Assembly: GCA_020536535.1 (NCBI GenBank) | Contig: JAHLWZ010000991.1 | Span: 1-32,331, forward strand | Length of the DNA: 32,331 bases | Direction of reading: 5' to 3' | Origin: Pelomyxa schiedti | Lineage: Eukaryota; Protista; Evosea | Shown here: positions 22,157-32,331 of the stretch, piece by piece | Layout: each line of letters begins with the position of its first letter | Position numbering within the stretch: the first letter of the stretch is position 1 | Notes under the pieces: model-generated | The model's input: the letters and a program-made list of their open reading frames with translations, nothing else | Databases searched by the model: none | Told to the model about the DNA's origin: nothing | Program-made: the position numbers and the translations under genes

Positions 22157-25100
22157 TCACCCGCGGTGGGCAAAACCATGAGCCAGGTCATTCAGGGTTT
22201 GGCTCTTGTCACTGAGTGCTTGGGAAATCTTGCGCACGAACCTGTCTGCTGCCTCCAAGTTGTCTGCACCAACGCATAGGGCCTTGCGGAGGTAAACAAT
22301 GTCCTCCCGGTCCTGAAGTTCGGGAATTCCAGTGGACAGCATCTGCATGTTTGGTGAGAACCCAAGTGTGTTTGTTCTTGGTTGAAGGGAGAATTTGGTA
22401 CCAGGCTGAATAGTGTTATAAACAAATCAGTTTCGTCTCGCACTATGTTGTAAGCTTTGCAGCATGTTTGCTGTGGGGTAGCTATTAGTAACAGAAAGGA
22501 AGGAGTGCAACAAACTTCAAATAGCTTAAACATTGGACTATCTTTCCCTCCAAGAATATAGGCATACTGCGGAGTGAACTTGAACGGTGACCGTTCCCGT
22601 TTGACACCGAACTTTGATTTCATCTATTGAGAAGGTTAGGAAAAAATAGCACTGGCAGGTTCATGTACATTCCCAAGGAAGTGACCAAAATCGATGTCTT
22701 GGGGTTTTTGTTTCTTTATGTTATAAAACATTTACTTCAAAAGGAGCTACATACGGAAGAACATCCCATTTCTTGTTATCATCACGTTATCTGCATGTCT
22801 GTCACCAATCCCAAGGACATACCTGCAACATAAAAAAAAACATAATTGCTTTGTGACTCAAAGAACTGTAATAATACGTGGCTACACAATAGCCGGCACA
22901 AGATAGTAAGAAATTCTCAACAGCCTTATCATAATCAGTTGCTATGCACAGTGGTTATTTCTCAAGTTGATGAAGCTGGGGTTTGTTTTTTTTATTGGCA
23001 TACGAGCAGGGTTATTTTCGCGGAGCCACAGCGCCATGGTGTCTTGATTCATGATGGCAACGGCCCCTCCAGCATCCTGTAGATATTAGTGCCTCCTCGG
23101 AGTAATAGATTCCTGCCTTGTTGATATTGGCATTTGTGGCCGCATTAAGTACAATTTCAATCATTCCAACACCATCACCAGTTGCTACGCACCGATAGGG
23201 TTGCATTCGTAAATCCATGTCCATTTTACGCCACATCTGAGAAAGATATTATTAATACTAAGTTGGGGCAGAAGAGCAGGAGTAGTACTGAATCCATTAG
23301 TCTAATCATCTGAGACAAACTTAGTTGTTTGGAGAACTAAGTGACAACAATTGACCTGCAGAGTGAGAATATCCTGCCGCAAGTCATCACCCTCCTTAAA
23401 AAGAATATAAATTGGAGGTGCTCCTTGTTCTGCGTTGACAAAGACCAGCCACAGAGGAACCTATTGAACTGGCTCGAAAATCATTCCCACAGACATAAAA
23501 ATTACCTTTTTTGAATCCATGAACTTGCACTTCTCGAGAACAAGACCTTGTACTGCGAATCTGTATCCCCATGTAAAAAGCACAAAAGAAAATAAAAATA
23601 AAACAAAAAGGCCACTCTACCTTGGGTCAATGGGAAGTTGAATAGGACCAGGGAACACAATTTTCGCAAGATTTTCCCGTAGTACTTTTAAGCGCACCTC
23701 CTTTGGTGTTACCTTGAGTAACCGTGCAGTTGTTTCAAGCTCATTTAACAAGTTGTGCTAATAGAAGTTAATGCTGGCTTCAAAACTTCCATCAAACCTG
23801 TTTAAGCAATTCCTCTCGGTAAGTCCCACAGCCACGAACAAAGGCTTCCAACAAAATTCCATAGCGCTCAGAAATAGTATTGACATGCATTTCAGCCTTA
23901 AAAGGTGTAAGACGAGAAATTGACAGGGAAGATAAACCTTCAGGCACCAGTAAAACATCTGCCCAATTCTGTTCTTATTGTGTAGTGCACGTTCCAAAAG
24001 GAATCGAGCAAGAAAAGAGTCGTGACTTCTTTCATATTTTAGTACCTTGGGCTTGGTCAGTATAATACTATTTAATTGAAAGCTGACTCGACCTGCGTTA
24101 ACTGTAAAAGATAATCTGCTACCTCTCCATCTGTCAAACCAGATAGAGAATCAACTGCAAATCTTCTAACTTCTTCATCAGCATACTGTGCATCTAGCAA
24201 CTAGAGAATAGGCGAGATTAAGTCACAATTAAAATATGAACATCAATACCTCCAAAGCTTGATTGGGATGTGGAGGAGGACACATTTTGAGGAACCTGGA
24301 TGGGGATTTTGCATCAAGGACTCTACGAGTGCCGATACCTGTGTGCTTCTGCAACTTGGCTTGGATCACTCCAGTTTGCAGATCTCAAAATTTTCGCAAG
24401 AGCTCGGGGTTTTGTTTTATGTGTCTCCCTGGTTCTCCATAGCAAGGCCCGTTCTTCAGGGTTCAGAGTGACCAGTGGATCTTTGGCAATAAGGGTATGC
24501 TAAAAAGCGGTCGAGGATACCATAACGCATAACATTTCTGAGCATTGTGAATTGGGTGGCATCAAGACGTGTTGTTGACTCGGCGCTTGTAGTTAATGGT
24601 GGAGTGGCCTCCGGAAGAGAAAAGACAACAGGTTGAATGTAAGCTTCATATTCGACTAAGAGAATACAAGGATTCGGACTGACAGTATTCTCAACACAAG
24701 TTCCTGAGTATTATGTTACACAAATGGCAATCCAGGAAGGATGCCTATTGGGTTTGCTGACCCTTCCCACAATTTGTAAGGTCGTGGTCCTGTTATCATA
24801 CGCAACTTGTGGTTAAACAAATGGCAACCACACCAGCCAATGGCAATATCTCGACTGGAAGAATTGAGTGCATTGAGACATTTAAAGCTGGAACAAACTT
24901 AGTATCTATCTTAGTTGGAGTGACACCCATAACTTCCTGGGTATAGTATACTGTAAAACAAATGCGGGACTCCTGGTATGTGGTAAATGTAACTTACTGA
25001 AAAATAATAAAGATACTTTTGTCAACGATCGTACTGCAATATTGAAGGGAATAAATTCACTCCACCCTAAAAATCCACTTCCCTCCTTGTAGGTCGAAAC

Positions 25101-28100
25101 AGGTGTAAATACTGGGGGAGCCAATTCGGATCCACCATGATATCTAGGGAAAGTGAGGCATAGTATATCAAGATATTCATACAATGCCGCTACTGTGTAT
25201 ATATTTACAGGAAGAGTTGGAGAATTTTTGAGTTTTTCTTCAATTTGTGTTGGTAGCTTCATATTCCACACTGCGTTAATCTGAAGGGAGTTTTGTAAGT
25301 TATTCCCCAATTTGCCTGCAAGAAAGAAACCTTGACTTTAAATGCCCTAGATATTGCAGAAGTGTGTATTATCGGACCAGTGTTGTCCAGACACTGTCCA
25401 ACTTCTCTTGCAAGTAACTTGGGAATAAAGGTTAAACCTGATGCAAATTACTTTCTGGTACATTGTCAATGATCTTCCCAGCATCAAGATCTTGCTTTGT
25501 TGGTGAGGGAAGGACCAGTTTCTCAACATAAGAGATATTCAAATCCACTTTCTTAGCTGCACAACGCCTCACATAATCAAACATATTCAGTATAAGGGGT
25601 TCACCATTTTCCCCTCTGTTATTTCGTTTGTCAATTCACAGAGTAAGAGAGTTGACACACATTGGTACGAGAAATTCGTTTTTCCCATATGCTTTGATCA
25701 CATAGTCATCGATAGACTTTGGTACCAATTCAGTTGGTTTGGATTTCAAGAATTTTGAATGAACGAGCTTTTGAAGGTCTGAAACAGGCATATCGGCTTT
25801 TTCCCCCCATTTTCTTTAGATAAATGGATGTTGTATGAGGGAAAAACCTTTACAAGCAAGTTTGCATGCCATAAATGGGAAATGGCAATCGATAATTAGT
25901 GCTTTCCTTGGGTCCTGCATTGCGGGCTCTGATAATATATAGACAGACTTTGCTTCGTATGACAAAGTGTTCCATGTATTGGGTGTTGTTGCAGTAAGAC
26001 GAGCTCTAAAAGAGTAAATAAACAAACATAAAGCAAAGGTGAGACACCTGGATAGGGCTCCGCGTACATCATTCACCTCCTCTTTGCACTTTTGTAGGGT
26101 AATTTTATACGAGTCCCCAACAAGTTCCAGATGTGCCTCTGTTTCAATAAGAGATGCCATACTCTCCAATACACTCATAGGTGTCTCTGGTGTTCCCACA
26201 GATTGTTCAACTATCTCAAATGACGGGTTAATGCCAATGGCATTGCACTCCTTGACGAAAGAGAGCGACTTTCTTCGATTTTTGTTTTATGAGTTTTAAT
26301 CCATCATTAGATGGGCTAAGTGGAAAGAGTAATTTACATAACACAAGTCTTATACGAAGGTCCAAGCCAGACGTTCAAAACTCGTATACCAAGAACATAC
26401 ACTTTGGAAGGGTCCAAGTGAGCGTCACCCAAAACAGATTCAATCACTTGTTGGACCGTTCGCTCAGGAGGGTAACTGAAGTGATTCAGAACGCCATCAC
26501 TCTGAGGAACAATGATTTTGAGACAATCCTTTAAGAAGTGTCACATAGAGAAATCAAAAAATTGTTTCCATACATTTACTGATTGTTGTTGTGTGTGATC
26601 ACTCAATGCCTGTTCCTTAGTAAATTCCTTCTCAGAAAGTACAAGATTATCATCAGGTTCCGCAACTTTCCCAGGTTTTAAAAAAAAAAACGAAAAACTT
26701 TAGTTTCATACCAGTTTTTCGGAAACACAGCTGGAGGTTTGTTCCTGGTCCAAGTTCCCCAATGTAGGTATCCACAGGGCAAATAAGGTTGTTTTCAGTC
26801 TTGACAACATATAGCTGAGGATCTGCGCTTTTTTTTCTACATACGTTGGCTCTGAACTAGGGGTACAAGGTCACAAAGGGTTTGAGCAGAAGGGTGCCAA
26901 CCTGGTCAACTGTAATATCAGGTTCATATTTTACAACAACAGTAGCAGCACCAAGAGGTGGTTTTTCCTCAACAGTGACACGAATTATGCTTGCCATTAC
27001 TGACTGGGTAGCTTGCTGCGTAGATGGGGAAGGAGGGGGAATGGAGCCACTTCCTGTAAGGACGCCAACAGTGCTAAAATCCCCAGCAAGAATGTCTTGC
27101 TAGAGGAGATGAAAATAAATTCAACTTGGTGGAGTGGGATATACCAGGTCATTTGCAAAATTCTGTTTTTATTGTTTTGATTTATGTTGGTTTAAAATGC
27201 AAAATAGGTTCGGAATTACATTTGTTGTTGGGGGTGTTGCAACAGGCCTTCCAGAACTGATTGATTTTCTTGGTTGACGTCTGGAGGGATAAGACAAGCG
27301 TAAAGATGAACACTACCAACCTCTCCACATCGTTATTGTTATTATTTGTTCCAGGTTGAAGTGATGCAAAACTCTGCTTTCGTGCTAGGGCTTGCTGATC
27401 GGTAGGCGGAGGTTTCACTGTTATAGGCGGAGGAGGAAGTGAGAAAGAGGGTGTTGTTGGTGGTGGTCCCAACGGTGGAGAACCCGGAGGAGGACACGAC
27501 GGTGCCGAGAAAGGAGGAGGACCATGTGAAGGCGGTGCCGGTGCCGTAGAAGGCAGTGTGTTAATAGGGGGAGGTGGAGCCATTGTAGGCAGAGAATTTG
27601 GTGGCGTAGGAGGCGGGGGTGCCTGCATTGGAGGTGCAAACTGGGGAGGCATTGGAGGAGGTGGTGTAGAAGACCTACATGGGGGAGCTAGGACCAAGGG
27701 TGGAGAGGGGTCCTTGGGAGGAGGTTGTGAGTTTTGAACTTGTTGCTGTGAGGATTGTGGTTGTGATTGTGCGGAAACGCGGATGGGTTTTTGTGTCTGC
27801 GGAGGGGGCGGCGGCTGAGAGGCCTGAATCCGCGCAATTATGGGAGCATATGTGGGATCGACTGGGGGTCCTCCTTTGTGCTGCTCGGCCCATTGAAGAA
27901 CTTGTCTCCTGGCCTAAAAAAAAAAGGAAATTAGAAACTTTTAGAACCTTCTAACTGATACACAAGTGAACCGTGTAAGATTTTTTTTTTCCCTTCACCC
28001 TCCCCACCCCTTCGTCGCTCGAATCGGTACACATCGCGCTGGTAAACGGAACCATAATGGCGTTGTAGATACATCTTTTGCACGCTGTATAGCGAGCCGT

Positions 28101-28159
28101 TCGGCCTCTTCGGCGGCCAACAGCGCTTCGACGAGTTCCTGCAGGCTCTTCGTGGACAT
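22157..28159 (-). CDS. Class I phosphatidylinositol 3-kinase (Pro-rich N-terminus, ubiquitin-fold/RBD, C2, helical, kinase)
   Basis: [74 protein letters not shown]. C2 motifs LYHGG and ANPIGTC. More than 20 short introns. Start MSTKSLQELVEALL at 28159. Confidence 0.95.
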
Positions 28160-28319
28160 GTTTTTTTGATTTTGTGCCAGTTACCGGAAAAAATCGATCA
28201 GGTGATATCAAAAAGTTTCGGCTTTGAAGTGACATCCCACGAAAAGCGACGTGCCTCAGCCAAATCAACACATAAACAATTGCACACCTCAAGGGAAACT
28301 TATAGTACTGCTTTTTTGT

Positions 28320-28541
28320 TTACATAGTGGTTGACTGTTGCTTTTTTCTCTCGTATCCACAGTGGTTCTTGTGCACTTCAGTGAAAGCCAATTTCACATC
28401 TCGTTCTTCCAGTACAGCCACTTTGCACTGTGCCGCTTTATACATGGAGGCTTCCAGTGTAGCCATAGAGGGGCACACGTGTCTATTACTGGTATCAACA
28501 ATCACTGCAGTTCCACAGCTGTTCTGGTGCAGCCGAGACAA
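28320..28541 (-). pseudogene. Possible decayed integrase zinc-binding (HHCC-type) fragment
   Basis: VAVLEERDVKLAFTEVHKNHCGY resembles the V..EER..IL..xH...H.G start of retroelement-type integrases. No DDE core or terminal repeats seen. Confidence 0.2.
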
Positions 28542-28968
28542 GGAACGGCACCCATGTGGAGGAGGAAGTCATGAGGGTCTGTGGAACAATGCCGGGAGAG
28601 TGAGAAATGAGCAAATAGTCTGAAAAAACATAGTCTAGGCTGACCACATAAGCACTGTATTCCTAAAGTGGTTGCACAAAGTTAGATAACTGTCATAAAG
28701 AAATAGATCAGCCATATCTCACAGCCGCAAAAAAAAGACACCTCAGCATCGGACCCCTGGGCAACACCTTGAAACTTCGGATGCAACAGGCCTGACTGTG
28801 GAAAAGCACAAGACTTCCAACCGAGTAAAAAGTTGGGCCACTTTGATTGTGGGTTGGGGGCACCCGCCGTTCTTCTTGGGAAGATGTGAACGTTACACTT
28901 GTCTTTGTTGAACGGTAGAACCATAGAAGCTTTCTTTTTAAAAAAAAAAATATCCATAGCAAAGAATT

Positions 28969-31427
28969 TTAGTGAAGAAGGCCCTGAATAGCAGCTGGAG
29001 TGGGGAACTTGACTGTGTTTTCCTGACAAGTGACTGGAACTGCTATCACTATTAACTGTTGTCCTTCTTGTTCCAATATTTGGGAGAATTCTTGAATGAG
29101 TTGAAGTAGAACCTAATTTGTGATTAACGAGGGAAACGGCAAAGAAGAATAAAACTGACCTCTTTGCATACATCCAAAGAGACTTGTGAGGATACTTCAA
29201 CAAGAATGGAGGTTGTTTCAAGTGTGATTTTTGAGTGCTCGCTGTTGATTACTGGTGGCAGTGACAACACAGTGTTTTGACTTGATCACAGTTAGTTTCC
29301 ACGATAACACTGCCTCTATCAGAATGGAACCTGTCAATGAATACTGGCCACAGGTTATTATCCCCATGAATCTTGAAGTATTTGAGCATGGAGAGGTCGT
29401 GTGCTTCCTCGAATTTTTGCCTCAGTTTATTACCTGTGACTGCCTTTGTTTGAAACAATGGAACAAATTTTATCAGATCCGGAGGTCTTGCATCAAGCTT
29501 TTATCATTAATGAGAACATACTCAAAAAAAATGGGGAAATACACAGAATGGGCTCTTTATCTTGTCTAGATCATGTGTCCCAATTGCGGCGGAGTGTCTC
29601 TTATTACACATTGACATGTGCAAATCTACCAATGTTGGAAAAATAGAAAGCAAGCATGAGAACACACCTGTTTGCAAGTTGATGAATTGCTCAAAAAGAG
29701 GTTCAGTGAACTGCAGTTGCAAGAACTCAGCCAACACAAGAAAACCCCGGGTTCTTGTAGCTGCATCAGTTATGTGAGCACTGTGGGCTTCTACTGAGTT
29801 TTTGACTCCAGGTCTTTGCAACCAAATTCGAGGAGGTTTCTCTGGTTCCTGTGCAAGTAAATTGTATGTACCAGCCCAAGAGTACAACCTTTTCAGGTGC
29901 AACAACAATTCTCGAGTCATTTTTGTGCAAGTAGTTCATCACCAAGTGAGTTACATTCTGTCCTCCCTCGGTGTCAACAATTCGCACAAACTTCTTGTCA
30001 GTGAATGGGTTGCCCCTGAGCTCAATACTATGTAGTCGCTTTTCACACCAAAGTAAATCACAAGGCAGTTCACGCAACATGTTGTTGCTCAAGTTTATGT
30101 TTTGGATGGATTCCAACCCAGATAAGTTACAGGCAATTTCTTCGATGTTGTTGTGTGAGAGAAGCAAAGTGGAAAGACGTTTCAGTGAGGATAGCTAGTT
30201 TGTGGACTACTATTAGGAAGCTTCTTAGACAATGACAACTCACAGATGCTGGGAACTTTTGCAGTTGGTTGTTATTCGCATTCAGTGTCAGCAAGTTTGC
30301 CAGGTAAGACAAGGAAGGTGGAAATTGAGTTATGGAATTGTTGCTGATGTTCAAAACCTGTCAGATGCTTAGCTAGGAGCTATTGCCAAATAAAAGAACC
30401 TGCAATGAAGAAAGTTTTCCAATGAAACCAGGGAGCTTTGACAAACAATTCCTGTCCAAAATCAGGGAAACCAGTGGGAGATTGCAGATATCTACGAAAA
30501 AATGGGAGTCCTCTCAGTACATTTGAAAAGAAATGAAAACTAAGCACCTTCAGGCATTGCAGACACCGACGTCTGCGACACGGTGAGGTTGTGCAGATTG
30601 GGCAGCGCCGCCGCGATTCTCTGGGGGAATTCCGTAACGTTGGGGCACCCCACTATCTCCAGCGTGTCCAGGTGCTGCAAAGGCGCGAACAGCGCCGGGA
30701 AAAGCCTGTTCACCACCAACTCCGGGCCCGGCTCAGCCGCCGCCGCCGCCGCCGCCGCGCTTTCCAGCGGCCCGCCGCGCCCACGGGGCGCACCCGGTTT
30801 GTTCTTGCCAGACATGGCCGGCCGGCCCGGTTGCCTCGCCGCCCGCTGCAGCAGCAGTTGCTGGGCTTCCGAGCGCGAGTCGCTGATCCTGAGGGTCCGC
30901 CCGCCGCGCGCGCACACTTCCAGAATCTCGGTCCAGTGCTCGGGATCCTCGGTGCGGAACTCCGCTGGGCGCGGATCCGGGTCGGCCCCGCGGCCGGGCT
31001 TCGTCCCGCCGGGTGGGCCTCGGCTCACCGTGCGGTTGGTGCTGCTGCTGCTGCCGCCGCCGCCGCCGCCGCGGCCGTCGTCCTCGTCGTGGTAGTCGGC
31101 GTTGCTGTCGAGGGCGGAGGCGGACACGAGGAGCGGGTTGTTGCTGTTGCTGTTGTTGGGGCCCCCCCTGGGCCCGCGTCCCTTCTTGCCCCTCGCGTGG
31201 GACACGCGCCCCCCCACTACCGTCGTGAACTCGGAGGACGCACCCTCGGCCTCGTCTTCCTTGGGCGGCACAGGCTTCGTGGATTTGGGTCGGGTCACTT
31301 CATTCGAGGTTTTGTTCTTGTTCGACTTGGATTTCGATGATGCCGTTGGCGTGGTGCAACTTGTGGCCGTGGTGGTGTTTGTAGGTGGCGTAGTCTCCTG
31401 TTGTGCAGCGCTGGTCTTCTTCGGCAT
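28969..31427 (-). CDS. LRRC47: Leucine-rich repeat protein with a C-terminal PheRS-beta B3/B4-like domain (LRRC47-like)
   Basis: LRRs (LSSLQVLNISNNSITQFP, LLTLNANNNQL, IELRGNPFTD), then FINLQTDLHMSMCNKRHSAAIGTHDLDKI and VLSLPPVINSEHSKITLETTSILVEVSS. There is no PheRS catalytic-like domain after this. Confidence 0.88.
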
Positions 31428-32282
31428 TGTCGGCACTTGGTGTATTTGATTAATTAACCTTGGGACGCAAAAGACATCAAATTCGGTGAAAAATGCGTCG
31501 CAACAAACAACGTGTGGGTACCGAACTTCAATGCGTTTGCTTTGGGAGATCATCCTGCATATTGAGAGAACCAGAGACACAGGCGCCAAGTATGTTCCCC
31601 ACTTGCCCCTTTTCTTTTTTATTTCGTTCCGGCCTGCCGACAGGTCATCTCACACTTCAATATTGCTGGAATGACAGGTATATTTGCTCTCTAACCCACT
31701 CAGCATAATAAGTATCACAGATGTAGACAGTCTGGAAGCCAGAAGAATGCGGCCTTTGCTTGGCATTAAGGTTTTCACCTTTGTTGTCTCCCTTCAAAAC
31801 TCACCATCCATATTTCTTTTTTCCCCAATCCACTTATTGTGCGCTGTGTCTTCCATTTCCGGCATCTGACACAGGTATGCCTCGTTTTTTTCCCAGTCTC
31901 AGCTTAATCAGGTGGTGGACTTGACCAGCATGTGTGATGGCACAGAAGGCCCATCCCCAACGCGATGATCCACATGAATCATACTCGTAACCGAGGATGC
32001 GTCCTTTGGCACATCAGCCACAAGCTCGCCCGTGTCGGTTGGGGAGTTCCGGTTCCCTGCTGAATGGGGTAGCACCTCAGCCTCCTTTGCCCTTCCACAG
32101 TGGTAACGGGTACCTAAAACAACACACGGCGGCCAGTGACATGCCAATCCCTTTGTATTAACGACTAAAAAAAACGAAAAAAAAGAGCAAAAAATTTGCT
32201 TGTTCACTCTTTTTCTGTTGGTTTTGGTTTGGTTCACTGGGATGGATGTGATGATGACACTGGCGGCCACTCTTGCTCGGCA

Positions 32283-32331
32283 TCAATCGTCGATGACAAT
32301 CACATCTTTATTGGGTACTTCTTGTTCATGT
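32283..32331 (-). CDS. Possible 3' end of a gene entering from outside the window (..HEQEVPNKDVIVIDD*)
   Basis: Open frame from the window edge ending in a SIM-like VIVIDD followed by a stop. Very short. Confidence 0.35.
   Translation of the reverse strand, partial: HEQEVPNKDVIVIDD

Noticed and set aside
27675-27893. ORF MGRAAQRR as the PI3K start
   Set aside because: Wrong frame. The Pro/Gln-rich frame continues upstream to exon 1 at 28159.
29000-29760. Phenylalanyl-tRNA synthetase beta subunit
   Set aside because: Only the B3/B4-like part is present and it is fused to LRRs, which is the LRRC47 architecture.

Overview
Eukaryotic, gene-dense DNA with many short (about 36-110 nt) spliceosomal introns and intergenic gaps mostly of 100-250 bp. 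The gene repertoire and a recurrent (H/L)PRCG motif suggest an amoebozoan, possibly an archamoeba such as Pelomyxa (inference only). Manual splicing gives 12 complete genes: a YkuE/TMPPE-type metallophosphoesterase, a multidomain RasGEF with two apparent frameshifts, an intronless orphan-family protein, a Rab5-group GTPase, an alpha-kinase/WD40 (MHCK-type), a Ser/Thr-rich orphan, a small 2-TM protein, a 4xSH3 proline-rich adaptor, a 2xHMG-box protein, a FUT8-type alpha-1,6-fucosyltransferase, a class I PI3K and LRRC47. The 3' end of a further gene may enter at the window edge. The most notable signals are: (1) a perfect 90-bp inverted duplication of the alpha-kinase exon1-intron1-exon2 start, just upstream of that gene; (2) a recurrent F-box/SOCS-box-like module in unrelated neighbouring proteins, one copy inserted in a REM domain; (3) frame breaks in the RasGEF only; (4) GC-AG introns, 9-21 nt microexons and purine-rich acceptors; (5) CpG-rich gene 5' ends and shared motifs in bidirectional promoters. 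All gene models were built by hand, without transcript data.
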